Below are positions 9,732 through 20,146 of a stretch of 64,000 nt of DNA, one piece after another; position 1 is the first letter of the stretch, and each line of letters starts with the position of its first letter. Source of the stretch: a virus (taxonomy: Duplodnaviria > Caudoviricetes); IMG/VR virus record IMGVR_UViG_3300047319_000334, positions 326 to 64,325 of that record; one strand, written 5' to 3'. The translations under genes and the position numbers were made by a program. Below the pieces are notes generated by a model. It did not search any database. It saw nothing but the letters and a program-made list of their open reading frames with translations, and was not told the DNA's origin.

Positions 9732-10586
9732 TTGATCGACTTGCCAGCACCGCCGTATCCCGCTGACACGCGAGCAAAGGGCTGGCGGTTTGAGCTCGAC
9801 CTTGAACGTGTCATGCAATCAGATACGTGGGCGCTTGCATCTCCGGACCAGCGCCCGTGGCTATTGATGCTCTGGACGGTCGCGTGGCAGCAAGTGCCGT
9901 GCGGCTCCATGCCGTCTGAGGACGCGCTGATAGCCGCTCGCCTTGGTATGAAGCCGGCAGCTTTCGGCAAGGCCAAGGACGTGCTTATGCGCGGCTGGCA
10001 GTCTGCAAACGATGGTCGCCTGTATCACTCGACGATCGTTGAGCGCGTACTGGACATGATGGGGCGCAAAGAAAGTGAGCGCAAACGCAAAGCAGAGTAC
10101 AGAGCACGGATGGAAGCAGGAAGAAAGACGCCGGACCAGTCTGGAGTCCCAACTATGTCCCATGGGACAGACGCAGGACAGACATGGGAATCCGATGGGA
10201 GAGACGCTACCGGAACCGGAACCGGAACCGGTTTAAAAACCAAAAACCTTTCCGTACCTAACGGTACGGACGCCAAGGCGTCGCAGGGAATGACGGCGCA
10301 CGAATCGATTTTTCGGATTGGAATTCCTTGGCTGGCAGATCGCGGCGCAAACGAGCGGAATGTTCGTTCGATGCTTGGCGGTGCTGTCAAGCAGCTTGGC
10401 GACGACGGTGCGTGGGGGCTCATGCAGGACTGCATGCGCGAACAGCCAGTAGAGCCGGTGGCTTGGATGGCGGCAGCGCTAAACGCCCGCCTGCCTGCTG
10501 GCAAGGGCAAAGGAAAGCAGAGCCGCCACAGCGGTTTTGACAAGGTTGACTACCGGGATGGAGTGAGCGATGACGGCAGTTTCTGA
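9732..10586 (+). CDS. Replication initiator (O-like, YdaU/DUF1376-type N-terminus)
   Basis: WQQVPCGSMP..D..IA and DGRLYH motifs; internal repeats; precedes DnaC-like ATPase. Confidence 0.75.
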   Translation: MIDLPAPPYPADTRAKGWRFELDLERVMQSDTWALASPDQRPWLLMLWTVAWQQVPCGSMPSEDALIAARLGMKPAAFGKAKDVLMRGWQSANDGRLYHSTIVERVLDMMGRKESERKRKAEYRARMEAGRKTPDQSGVPTMSHGTDAGQTWESDGRDATGTGTGTGLKTKNLSVPNGTDAKASQGMTAHESIFRIGIPWLADRGANERNVRSMLGGAVKQLGDDGAWGLMQDCMREQPVEPVAWMAAALNARLPAGKGKGKQSRHSGFDKVDYRDGVSDDGSF

Positions 10587-11352
10587 AATTTCGCGGATGA
10601 CGCGTGAAGGCCAGTGCGATAAGCACGGAGCGTTCGAGGAATCCGGCATGACGTTGCCAGTCGCCAGCAAGCGGACGATCTGGAGTGGTTGCCCGCAATG
10701 CGGCGCGGAGGCGCGAATCGTTGAAGAGCAACGACGTGTCGCGGAAGAGGAAGAACAACGCCAGCGTCGCATGGAACAACGCTTGAGCATGTCCGGCATT
10801 CCGCAGCGCTTCCGCGATCGTACCTTCGACAACTTCATTGCCGATACCGAACCGAAGCGCCACGCGTTGGCTGTCGCAGTCGAGTTCGCCGCCGAATTTT
10901 CAGATCACTATGAGCGCGGTACGACGGTGATCTTTTCGGGCAAGCCCGGAACTGGCAAGAGCCATCTCGCCCTGGCCGCTGCAATGTCCGTCATGAAGTC
11001 GAAAACGGCGCTCTACATCAACGCGCTGGATCTTATCCGCATGGTGCGTGACACATGGCGCCGCGACTCGGAAATGTCCGAAGTGAATGTGCTGAACGAG
11101 TTGAGCACGGTCGGCCTGCTTGTAATTGACGAGATCGGCGTCCAGTACGGCACGGATGGCGAGCAGGTGATTTTGTTCGACGTGCTGAACCGCCGCTACC
11201 GCGATCTGATGCCGACGATCCTGCTCACGAATCTGGGCAAGGCCGGCATGAAAGAGTTTCTAGGTGAACGCAGTTTCGATCGCCTTCGTGAGGGCGGAAT
11301 CTGGGTTGCATTCGATTGGGAGTCGCACCGCGGAACGAGGAAGGCAGCATGA
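10570..11352 (+). CDS. DnaC/IstB-like helicase loader ATPase
   Basis: Walker A GKPGTGKS, Walker B LLVIDEIG, PTILLTN; N-terminal Cys motifs. Confidence 0.92.
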   Translation: MTAVSEISRMTREGQCDKHGAFEESGMTLPVASKRTIWSGCPQCGAEARIVEEQRRVAEEEEQRQRRMEQRLSMSGIPQRFRDRTFDNFIADTEPKRHALAVAVEFAAEFSDHYERGTTVIFSGKPGTGKSHLALAAAMSVMKSKTALYINALDLIRMVRDTWRRDSEMSEVNVLNELSTVGLLVIDEIGVQYGTDGEQVILFDVLNRRYRDLMPTILLTNLGKAGMKEFLGERSFDRLREGGIWVAFDWESHRGTRKAA

Positions 11353-11503
11353 CCCCCGCCCAACTCTCCGAAGTACTAGACGAAATCGCAGGGTGGCCGT
11401 TAGCCGATCGACGCGCCTACATCGCCAATCTGGCGATGACGAATGCGGAAGAGGCGGAACAGGTGAAAGACGGGTTGAAGAGGCTGTGGGAGGCGAAGAA
11501 CAA

Positions 11504-11941
11504 ATGAACGGAATCACTTTCACGATCCCTGGTGTGCCGGTCGGCAAGGGGCGTCCGAAATTCTCGCGTCACGGCTCGCACGTGATGGTGCGCACGCCCG
11601 AGAAGACAGCGAACTACGAGAACCTCGTCAAGCTCGCTGCTGCTGAAGCGATGGCCGGCGCCGTACCGATGCAGCGCCCTGTCGCCCTGCTCCTGACCAT
11701 GCACATGCCAATCCCCGCGAGCTGGTCCAAGAAGCGCCAGGAACTGGCCGTGCGTGGGTTGATTGGCGCGACAGTGAAGCCGGACCTGGACAACGTCTGC
11801 AAGGCGATTGCCGACGCGATGAACGGAATCGTCTACAGCGACGACAAGCTGATCGTGAGCGCAACCATCGTCAAGCAATACGGAACCGTTCCGCATGTTG
11901 CGGTGCGGGTTCAGGAATATGCAGAGAAGGAGGCCGCATAA
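11504..11941 (+). CDS. rusA: RusA Holliday junction resolvase
   Basis: PVGKGRPKF and KPDLDNxxKAIADAMNGIVYSDD motifs. Confidence 0.92.
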   Translation: MNGITFTIPGVPVGKGRPKFSRHGSHVMVRTPEKTANYENLVKLAAAEAMAGAVPMQRPVALLLTMHMPIPASWSKKRQELAVRGLIGATVKPDLDNVCKAIADAMNGIVYSDDKLIVSATIVKQYGTVPHVAVRVQEYAEKEAA

Positions 11942-12250
11942 ATGTCCCGTCAAATCCAACCACGCGCAGTCGAGTTTCTGGCTGATCACCCGTACGGCGC
12001 GCACATATGGCAACTGGCCGAATACCTCGGCTCGAGCGTCGACACCACCATTCTGGCGCTGCGCCGCATGCAGGTCCGCGGCGAGGCTGTCATGACGCTG
12101 GATGCCGACATGCTGGCCAACACGGTCTGGTCGCTTCCGGCTAAGGCGACTCCGCCGATTTTCAAGGCGATGGAAACGTTGACGGCCATGCAGGTTGCCA
12201 CGATGCAACAACTTAAGAGCGCAAACAAACGGGAGGCCGTATGCGCATGA
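11942..12250 (+). CDS. Winged-helix-like hypothetical protein
   Basis: IWQLAEYLGSS HTH-like pattern; operon coupling. Confidence 0.6.
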   Translation: MSRQIQPRAVEFLADHPYGAHIWQLAEYLGSSVDTTILALRRMQVRGEAVMTLDADMLANTVWSLPAKATPPIFKAMETLTAMQVATMQQLKSANKREAVCA

Positions 12251-12795
12251 TCGTTTCCCAGATCAAGTCAATCAAGACAGCGATCGACCTGTTGAATCAA
12301 TGTGGTCCGCTGACGCTGATCCAACTGTCGAGACTCGCCAAGCATCCGAATCCGTCACGCCTGACGCGGTATTTGGTTCAGAACGGCTACGCAGGCCTTC
12401 TGCCGACCTATCCCATAAAGGCAGTCGCCACCGGGCGAGTGTTTGAAATGCCAGAACTGACGAAAACCATGATCGAAGTTCTGGCCGAGCTCAAGCGCCT
12501 TGGGCCTTCGTCGTCCGTCGACATTGCCAAGAAGATCGGCAAGACCCGCGAGACCGTTGACAGCTTCCTGCGCCAAGGCCGCGAAATGGACTTGTGCCAC
12601 GTCAGCGGCGATCGGCAAAGCGAGTTCGCCGCCAACATGCGCGTCTATGTCTGGACGGCAGGCCCGGGAGAGAACTTCGTCCGCGAGAAGTGCTCTGCCG
12701 GCCGGCCGCCGAAATCCGTCGCACCGGCGACAACAGTCATGACGAGCGCGCGGCGTGATTCTCTGACAGAGGCATTTTTCGGGAGAGCAGCATGA
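12241..12795 (+). CDS. Winged-helix-like hypothetical protein
   Basis: SSVDIAKKIGKTRETV HTH-like pattern; RRDxLTxAFFG tail. Confidence 0.6.
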   Translation: MRMIVSQIKSIKTAIDLLNQCGPLTLIQLSRLAKHPNPSRLTRYLVQNGYAGLLPTYPIKAVATGRVFEMPELTKTMIEVLAELKRLGPSSSVDIAKKIGKTRETVDSFLRQGREMDLCHVSGDRQSEFAANMRVYVWTAGPGENFVREKCSAGRPPKSVAPATTVMTSARRDSLTEAFFGRAA

Positions 12796-12973
12796 CCTGG
12801 AAAACCTGCGCAACGCCGCCAGAGCGCGACGGGCTATACGAGGTTCAGTGCCTCTTTCCAGATGGCGAGCCACTGACGGAGCCGGAGGTTCTGAAGTGGG
12901 AAGGAAGGTGGATCGGGAGTTTCGGGCTGGAAGTGATGCCGTATGACAGGTACAGAGAAATCGGGGGTGGGGA

Positions 12974-13645
12974 ATGAAAAAGTCGTGGCCACCAGAGGAT
13001 CTCGCATTGCTCGAGCGCGAATATCCGAATACGCATACGCCGACATTGGCAAGGCAAATGGCTCGCACGCCCTCTTCCGTCTATCAAAAGGCTCTCGGCA
13101 TGGGGCTGAAGAAGTCAGCAGAATACCTTGCTAGTCCGCAGGCCGGTCGAACGGACGGCAAGCGTGGCGGCCAATCGCGGTTCAAGCCGGGACACAAGAC
13201 GTGGAATGCCGGCATGAAGGGTTGGTCGCCAGCAGGAACGGAAGCGACCCGTTTCAAGAAAGGCGAAATGCATGGAGCCGCCCAGCACAACTATGTGCCT
13301 ATCGGCTCCTACCGCGTCAGCAAGGATGGCTACCTCGAGCAAAAGACAAATGACGATCACCCTACGCCGGCACGTCGGTGGGTTGGCGTTCATCGTCTTG
13401 TATGGGAAGCCGCAAACGGCCCCATCCCGCGCGGACATGTCGTGTGTTTCATGCCAGGCAGAAAGACCAGCGACGTCGACAAGATCACGCTCGACGCACT
13501 TGAGATGGTCAGCCGTGCCGAACTGGCCCGACGTAACCACCCCGTTTCGCGGTCACCCGAGCTGGCGAAACTTGTTCAGTTGAAGGGCGCTATCACGCGC
13601 CAGATTAACCGGATCGCCCGCGAGGCACAGGAGAAGCAATCATGA
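12974..13645 (+). CDS. HNH-signature protein (HNH_3 type)
   Basis: HRLVWEAANGPIPRGHVV motif; FKPGHKTWN repeat. Confidence 0.85.
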   Translation: MKKSWPPEDLALLEREYPNTHTPTLARQMARTPSSVYQKALGMGLKKSAEYLASPQAGRTDGKRGGQSRFKPGHKTWNAGMKGWSPAGTEATRFKKGEMHGAAQHNYVPIGSYRVSKDGYLEQKTNDDHPTPARRWVGVHRLVWEAANGPIPRGHVVCFMPGRKTSDVDKITLDALEMVSRAELARRNHPVSRSPELAKLVQLKGAITRQINRIAREAQEKQS

Positions 13646-13929
13646 GCACGATTACGGATATGCGCGAACACCTGATGGAAACGCTTGCCGCGTTGCGCGA
13701 CCGCGATAACCCGATGGACGTCGACCGTGCGCGCGCCGTTGCCCAGGTGGCCGGAGTGTTGGTCGATAGCGCGAAGGTCGAGGTCGATTACATCAAGGCG
13801 ACCGGAGCGGAAGGAGATTCACTCTTTATCTCTCCACTGAATAGCGATCCGGGGCGCCTGTTGGGGGGAGCTGAAAGCAAAGGAACGATTCTGCCGACAG
13901 CAAATGGCTTTGTTCACCGGATGAAGTGA
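13642..13929 (+). CDS. Small conserved partner of the HNH_3 protein
   Basis: RARAVAQVAGVLVDSAKVEVDYIK; ATGA coupling. Confidence 0.7.
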   Translation: MSTITDMREHLMETLAALRDRDNPMDVDRARAVAQVAGVLVDSAKVEVDYIKATGAEGDSLFISPLNSDPGRLLGGAESKGTILPTANGFVHRMK

Positions 13930-14119
13930 TTGGAGCCACATATGACCACCCTAGCCGCCCCCACCCAACTCGTAATCGGTCTCAGCCACCGCGAAATGAT
14001 CGACCTAATGGCAAACGCCGGGATCTTTTGCAGCGTAGACAAGTTCGCTCGAATCCTGCAGGACGCACAGCGTCGCGCTCTCGCCCACACCACGGAGAAG
14101 GAAGAGAAGGAGATCGCAA

Positions 14120-14737
14120 ATGAAGTTGCTCGTTAAACCGCTGCTGCGACTCCATGAGAGCGCCCGCAGCACGCCCTACTACGATCTGCCGGGTTACATG
14201 CTTCGCGACTGGGTTCTCGGCTATCGCAGCCCAGAGCGCAATGGCGATAACCCGCTGTGGAAGGCAGGCTTCAGCCCGAAGTCGTCGGCGCTTTACCGCT
14301 GGCTCTGCCGCAACGTCGCTATCCGCGCCCATACGATCCTGCGCAGCGATTCGGATCGCCATCTCCACGATCATCCGGCGTGGTCGCTGTCGATCGTTCT
14401 GGACGGCGGGTATTGGGAGGTGTTCGAGCCAACATCGTGGGCTGTCCAGCACGATGCCACCTATCGGCATCTCCTGAAGTGCATCGGCCAAGGAATGATG
14501 AATCACCACGATGCATGGGACCGTGACTTCTGCCAGCAATTCGGCATCTTCTGGCGTGGTCCGGGAGCAATCGTGTTCCGGCGCGCGAACTGTTTCCACC
14601 GCTTGATTTTGCCAGAAGGAACCATGGCCCGCTCGATCTTCACTATGGGCAAGAAGAGCAACGCTTGGGGCTTCAAGACGCCGGAAGGCAAAGTCTACTG
14701 GCGCACCTATCTCGGACTGGACAAGGAGCAAGCATGA
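14120..14737 (+). CDS. Cupin-like His-rich phage protein
   Basis: DxDRHLHDHP-W, GGYWE, HRL and WGF motifs. Confidence 0.7.
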   Translation: MKLLVKPLLRLHESARSTPYYDLPGYMLRDWVLGYRSPERNGDNPLWKAGFSPKSSALYRWLCRNVAIRAHTILRSDSDRHLHDHPAWSLSIVLDGGYWEVFEPTSWAVQHDATYRHLLKCIGQGMMNHHDAWDRDFCQQFGIFWRGPGAIVFRRANCFHRLILPEGTMARSIFTMGKKSNAWGFKTPEGKVYWRTYLGLDKEQA

Positions 14738-15321
14738 GAGACCTTCCGCAAGTTATCGCTTTGGTTGGCAACGCAGGCGCGGGTAAATCGACGGTTGCCG
14801 AATACCTTCAGAAAGTGCACGGCTACAAGCTAGTCAAGTTCGCGGGGCCGCTGAAGACTATGCTCCGCGCGATCGGTCTGGATGATGAGGAAATCGAAGG
14901 CTCGCGCAAGGAGGAGCCGTGCGACCTCTTATGCGGCAAGACGCCACGCCATGCCATGGTCACGCTGGGGACCGAATGGGGCCGTGACCTGATCGGCCCG
15001 GAATTCTGGGCTGGACTTTGGGAAGAAGAGGCTTGCGCCCATCTGAATAGCGGACAACGAGTTGTGGTTGACGACTGCCGCTTTCCCAACGAACTTGCCG
15101 CCGTGCGACGTCGACGCGGCGCGGTCTGGCGCATCCTGCGTCCGGAGCATGCAGGATCATCGCTTCCCGGCCACAGATCGGAGGGCGCACTCTCAGACCA
15201 CTACGACTCCATGCTCGAGTTCGTCAACGATAGCGACGTCACGACGCTGCATCTCAAGGTGTTCGATGCGCTGCGGGCCGCGTTGAATGCGGAGTATCTG
15301 GCTAGTGAGGTGGGAGCGTGA
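14734..15321 (+). CDS. Deoxynucleoside monophosphate kinase
   Basis: GNAGAGKST P-loop, FAGPLK, TPRxxMxTLGTEWGR, DDCRFPNE, HRSE. Confidence 0.92.
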   Translation: MRDLPQVIALVGNAGAGKSTVAEYLQKVHGYKLVKFAGPLKTMLRAIGLDDEEIEGSRKEEPCDLLCGKTPRHAMVTLGTEWGRDLIGPEFWAGLWEEEACAHLNSGQRVVVDDCRFPNELAAVRRRRGAVWRILRPEHAGSSLPGHRSEGALSDHYDSMLEFVNDSDVTTLHLKVFDALRAALNAEYLASEVGA

Positions 15322-15508
15322 GCGACAAGCGAATCACCGTCAGCAAGGTTCTGTTTCACCAGCCGCAAAACGAGCTACTTCGTCGCTGGTGCGAATTGGC
15401 CGCGGCGAACGGAGGAGCCTTCAGCATTGACCAGGCATGGACCGATCGCAACTGGTACACGACCTACACGATTGAATGGCCGGATAGTGTCCGGATTCCG
15501 GAGGGCGC

Positions 15509-15931
15509 ATGAACGACTCGAAACAAGTCTTCCGCCTCGTCCATCCGACCGCACGCCAGATGGCCAGCCGCGCATGCATCCAGGCACCAGATGGCTTCAT
15601 TGTCGAGATCAAGCCTCGCACCCGCTCTCTGGATCAGAACGCCAAGATGTGGGCGATGTTGGCCGACGTCTCGCGCCAGGTCAAATGGTACGGCCAACAC
15701 CTGACGTCCGAAGAGTGGAAGGACGTTCTGACGGCGGCGCTCAAGAAGCAAAAGGCCGTGCCAGGGATCGACGGCGGCTTTGTGGTGATCGGCGCCCGGA
15801 CTCGCAACATGACGATCCGCGAGATGGGCGATCTGGTCGAGTTGATGTACGCGTTCGGCGCGGAACAGAACGTCCATTGGAGTGAGCCTGCTGAGCAGGG
15901 ATACGAGGCGCTGGCGAAGGAGTTTGCGTGA
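15509..15931 (+). CDS. ninB: NinB recombination protein
   Basis: RSLDQNAKMWAMLADVSRQVKW motif. Confidence 0.92.
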   Translation: MNDSKQVFRLVHPTARQMASRACIQAPDGFIVEIKPRTRSLDQNAKMWAMLADVSRQVKWYGQHLTSEEWKDVLTAALKKQKAVPGIDGGFVVIGARTRNMTIREMGDLVELMYAFGAEQNVHWSEPAEQGYEALAKEFA

Positions 15932-16055
15932 AACACAGCCAAGTCTTTACCATCATCGCCGCAGTCTACATTGCGCCGCACGTCACACCGATTGTTGGAA
16001 TTTGGGCCGGCATCTCTTTTGGGGTGTGGGCTCTCTATCACGTGTGGCGCGAATC

Positions 16056-16499
16056 ATGACCCTAACCCGCAAAAAGCCGATGGCCCGCTCCGGCTTCAAA
16101 CGCAAAGAGCCAAAACCCTTTGCCCTGCCCGACCGCCAAACCCACGAGCGCAACCAGGAGGCTAAGAAGCGGGTTTCTCGCAAGAAGGCTGCGAACGCCG
16201 CCGAGAAGCGCCACATGGATGCAGTCGTGCGCTTGGGCTGCATCGCTTGCCGCAATCTCGGTCTGGGTGAGACGCCGTGCGAAATCCACCACGTCAGGTT
16301 TCTGGCTGGTGCGGGCCAACGGGCGGGCCACCTGGACGTGCTAGGCCTCTGCCCACCACATCACCGCACAGGTGGTCACGGCGTTGCGATTCACGATGGC
16401 CGGGAGACATGGGAAAGCATTCACGGTACAGAAGCCGATCTGCTGGCGCAAACGAAGCGCGAGACGGGTGTTGAACAACAAGAGATGGAGGCGGTGTGA
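16056..16499 (+). CDS. Ref-family HNH recombination enhancement nuclease
   Basis: GCIACR, EIHH, LCPPHHRTG..AIH. Confidence 0.85.
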   Translation: MTLTRKKPMARSGFKRKEPKPFALPDRQTHERNQEAKKRVSRKKAANAAEKRHMDAVVRLGCIACRNLGLGETPCEIHHVRFLAGAGQRAGHLDVLGLCPPHHRTGGHGVAIHDGRETWESIHGTEADLLAQTKRETGVEQQEMEAV

Positions 16500-16948
16500 T
16501 CAAACGAAAGCAACTTTTCAGGCACCGCCCTTCCGAGGGAACCATTGGCGATTGTCACCGCACAGCTATCGCGTGCCTTCTCGATCTGGAGCCGGAAGAA
16601 GTGCCGCATTACGGAAAACTCTACTTCAATGATCCCGATGGTTCGAGGTTCAACAAGGCATTTGAAGACTGGTTATCGGGGCGCGGTCTCAGAACAGCCG
16701 TCATCGTCTATAACGGCGACTCGCTCTCAGATGTACTGGCGTCAATTGGAGCTCAGAACAAAAGCGCTTATTACCTGCTTGGTGGCACCAGCAAGACCGG
16801 CGTGAACCATACCGTGGTGTGCTGCGGCGACGAGATTGCACACGATCCATCGCCCGATGACGCCGGCATCATTGGGCCATGCGACGACGGATATTACTGG
16901 GTGACGTTCCTTGTGCCGGCCAACATGTACGCCAGGGAGGCAGCATGA
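16496..16948 (+). CDS. Hypothetical protein with a papain-like Cys-His-Asp pattern
   Basis: GDCHRTAIACLL, NHTVV, HDP. Confidence 0.6.
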   Translation: MIKRKQLFRHRPSEGTIGDCHRTAIACLLDLEPEEVPHYGKLYFNDPDGSRFNKAFEDWLSGRGLRTAVIVYNGDSLSDVLASIGAQNKSAYYLLGGTSKTGVNHTVVCCGDEIAHDPSPDDAGIIGPCDDGYYWVTFLVPANMYAREAA

Positions 16949-17313
16949 CCAAACCCCAAAGATACGGCACCAGCGCTGCCCCGCGCGATGACGGCATCTT
17001 CTGTCTCTACGCGGAGTATGAAAAGGTGGTGGCGGAGTTGGAGAATCTGCGACTAAATGAGCGGTCTGACGCCCCACGCAGAGCCGTGCAATTCGCACTG
17101 GATTTGCAGGCGGACAGCATCGAAGCGCTTTGCTCGGCACTCTTCAACCTGTCAAATCAGATCGCAGCGCGAGATATGAGCCGCACATGCACGAGCGGAG
17201 GATATGACTCGGGCTATACCTACCGACTCGCAGTCAGTGAAGGTCCGACGCATGATGAATACGCGGAGCAACTGAATACGTACCTTGAATTGCGCGCCAA
17301 GGAGCAAGCATGA
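16945..17313 (+). CDS. Phage hypothetical protein
   Basis: ATGA-coupled at both ends. Confidence 0.6.
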   Translation: MTKPQRYGTSAAPRDDGIFCLYAEYEKVVAELENLRLNERSDAPRRAVQFALDLQADSIEALCSALFNLSNQIAARDMSRTCTSGGYDSGYTYRLAVSEGPTHDEYAEQLNTYLELRAKEQA

Positions 17314-17627
17314 TCAACCTCAGCCTGTTTCTCGTCGGCTTCATCCTGGGCATCTTCTCACTAAGCCTGCTCATCTTTCTTGTCGTACTGCACCGCCCGC
17401 GCTACGAAGCACCGACACTCAGCCGGAGGAGGAATCGGGATAGGGTTCCGGAAGTAATCACGCCGGAGCGGGAATCGCCACCGGAGCCTGTGTACATGTA
17501 TGGCGTTACGGGGCTCGAAGAATGATCGCAACTTGCTGATTGACAATGCAGTAAAACTGGTACATGTAGTACTTTTCCAGTAAAATAGGATGCCTAATTG
17601 TAGTTCTATCGGTAAGCGGGGTTCGAC

Positions 17628-18116
17628 GTGAAAGAGATACCTTTGAGTCGTGGTCTGGTTGCCTTGGTTGATGACGAAGACTACGCGGTTCTGTCGCGGC
17701 ATAAGTGGTCTGCATGCCCGAGGGGGTACGCAAGGCGTCGGCTGAAGAACAACGAGAATCCGACCGGAAAATTCCAGTTGGTCTACATGCACCGGGTGCT
17801 CATGCAGTTGACGGCTTTCGACGGCAAGCAGGTTGATCACATTGACGGCAACAAGGCCAACAATCGAAGATCGAATTTGCGGCTGTGTAACCCGTCACAG
17901 AATCACGCCAATGTCGGCCCAAACAAAAGGAACAAGTCGGGCTACAAGGGCGTTTGCTTCCACAAGAGATTCAACAAGTGGACGGCGAGTATCGCGGCTG
18001 ACGGGAAGATCAAACATCTGGGATATTTCAGCACCCCGGAGGCTGCAAATACCGCGTACTGCGATGCTGCGAAAATTTATCAAGGCGAATTTGCTCACTC
18101 GGGAGTGACGGCATGA
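17628..18116 (+). CDS. HNH-AP2 homing endonuclease
   Basis: MHR..VDHIDGNKANNRRSNLR HNH; SGYKGV..W.A.I..LGYF AP2 domain. Confidence 0.93.
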   Translation: MKEIPLSRGLVALVDDEDYAVLSRHKWSACPRGYARRRLKNNENPTGKFQLVYMHRVLMQLTAFDGKQVDHIDGNKANNRRSNLRLCNPSQNHANVGPNKRNKSGYKGVCFHKRFNKWTASIAADGKIKHLGYFSTPEAANTAYCDAAKIYQGEFAHSGVTA

Positions 18117-18481
18117 GCTCTGCAAACTGGGTTGATTTTGAATTGCGCAACTGGGCGCGATGGGCCAATTCCGGGCCCGACGATTGCCCGGTTCTGCCCG
18201 GCAGTTTCCTCGAAAGCTGGATCATTCCGGAGCCACTGGCTGGCGGAGACGATGGCCGGCCGCCGCCCATTCATGAGGACAATGCCAAGCGCGTGCAAAA
18301 AGTATTCGACGTGGCCATCACCATCGAGCGGAAGGTATTGCAGGCCGAATACCTTTCGCCGTGGAAGTATGGGCGATTCAAGGGTACTGCCGCTGCGGCG
18401 CGTGCGCTGGAGATTAGCGAGCCATCATATGAGACGATTTTGACGGTGGTGAAGCGACGTGTCGAACAGGTGTTCTCTTGA
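18113..18481 (+). CDS. Q-like late antiterminator candidate
   Basis: LRNWARW N-terminus, C-terminal HTH, position before the late region. Confidence 0.6.
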   Translation: MSSANWVDFELRNWARWANSGPDDCPVLPGSFLESWIIPEPLAGGDDGRPPPIHEDNAKRVQKVFDVAITIERKVLQAEYLSPWKYGRFKGTAAAARALEISEPSYETILTVVKRRVEQVFS

Positions 18482-18810
18482 AGTACGCGAAAGAGACTAT
18501 GGACTTGCTGGCTGCATTTCCGGGCCGTAGATTCCGCATGGTCCATATCGTCAATTCCATTTGCGGAAAGAACGCTTCAATCAAGGAGAAGAAGCAGGTT
18601 CGTATGGGCGTATGGCGCGTTCTCAAAATGCTAGAGGAGTCCGGGCATATCGATGTTGAAGCGCAGGAAGGCCGAGGCGCATCAGCTCAATATGCCTGGA
18701 AGGCCTTTGATGCAGATCCAAAAGTGTTACATGAGAATTCGCAAAGTGCATCTGGATGCGCTACATTTGGGCCTGAAGACGTGCGCCCGCACGAAACGCA
18801 ACCCGCCTAG
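18478..18810 (+). CDS. Winged-helix-like hypothetical protein
   Basis: MKYAxExMDLLAAFPGRRFRM; ends in terminator. Confidence 0.6.
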   Translation: MKYAKETMDLLAAFPGRRFRMVHIVNSICGKNASIKEKKQVRMGVWRVLKMLEESGHIDVEAQEGRGASAQYAWKAFDADPKVLHENSQSASGCATFGPEDVRPHETQPA

Positions 18811-18826
18811 AGCGGGTTTTTCTTTT
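18800..18826 (+). terminator. Intrinsic terminator
   Basis: AACCCGC-CTAGA-GCGGGTT plus T tract. Confidence 0.8.
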
Positions 18827-19933
18827 GGTGCTGCCATGTCGTCCATTACCTTCCAATCGCGCACCTACGGGCTCGATCCGGCGAAGGCATTGGAGCAGAA
18901 GCAAGCCGCCGAGGCGCGCCAAGCCAAGCGCCCCATTCTCTCGCTAAAACGCGAGATGAGAATGGTTGGAGCCCGGCTCGCCAAGCAGCAGAACAACTTT
19001 TCGATCTCCCGCCGCACCGAAGCAGGTCAAACGGTGCTTGACACGCAATGTGTCTCGACCCGGGAGTATGCCGGGAAGAATTCAGAGGCAGTAATGGAAG
19101 CACAACAGCTAATCGACAGCATCGAGCAGGACATTCAGCGCATGCGCATAGACGAAGCGCTGAAGGCGTCGCTTGTGGCGAGGCTGGACGAGCTGAGGAC
19201 GGCGGTGAAATGAACCCGCTCACCGCATGGATGCTTTGGCTATCTACCGTTCACATTGGACTGGCGCAAGGCTATACAGAATGGGCAGACTGGCTTATCG
19301 ACGTCTCCGAGCCGTGAGGTGCTGGTGGTGCGCACGTGAGTTAGTAGATGGGCGGCAGTGCTGCAAGCCGGAAGATTACTTATTTTGAGGTAGCGATGGC
19401 CTATTTCTTTGTCGCAGGGGCCTTTGTCCTCGGCGCATGCTTCGGCTGGGCGATTGGGTTCATCGTTGCGAGTCCGTCTAACTGCTTCCGCCGTCAGCCG
19501 ATAGGATCGGAATGCTGTTATACGGGCGGCGGAAGCACCTATTACTAGCCTCGAAGCTCGGCGCGAGTATGGGCGGTGTCCCTTCGCGTTGTAGCCCGAG
19601 TGCGGCACGATTCGCCTAATTGGCTGATTCGGTAGCCCGCACGCGACAGAAAACCGCCGGTAGTACTCGGGCGTGGTCCACCCCTACGGCACAACGGACT
19701 GCTTTCATGTTTGCTGATTGCATCGCTACGGTAAAAGGCCAAAATTCCGGTGCCGGCGAGATGCACCGGCATCACGCAATCGGCAATCATGAGGGTGAAC
19801 CGAAGAGGCCGCGCGAGTCGATAGACTGCCACTGCGCCATGCGGGCCGAACGCTGTAGCTCTCGCCTTCCCCTACTTGGCCCTTCGTCAAGTTTAGATGC
19901 CGCCTAACGCGGCTCTTTTTATTGAGTACGCCG

Positions 19934-20146
19934 ATGGCATCGCGAAAGAAAGCCGAACCCGTCGAGCGCACAGAGATTTGCCGGGAGTGCCGATTCGCGC
20001 ACATGAAAAGGGGTGACGGGCTGTACTGTCACAGGTTTCCGCCCACATTTGTCTACGATCCGTCCACAGGCATATCGTCGCCACAGTCTCCGGAGACAAA
20101 TCCAGATCACTTCTGCGGCGAATTTCGTGGGCGCCTCAGCTCATAA
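19934..20146 (+). CDS. Small Cys-rich phage protein
   Basis: CREC..CHRFPP..CGEF. Confidence 0.65.
   Translation: MASRKKAEPVERTEICRECRFAHMKRGDGLYCHRFPPTFVYDPSTGISSPQSPETNPDHFCGEFRGRLSS

Noticed and set aside
10134-10232. Replication origin iterons (GGGACAG-like and ACCGGA repeats)
   Set aside because: Position is plausible but repeats are short and irregular; ACCGGA x3 simply encodes TGTGTG
19540-19920. tRNA or defined ncRNA after the Q-like region
   Set aside because: Some complementarity but no T arm or consistent structure I can support
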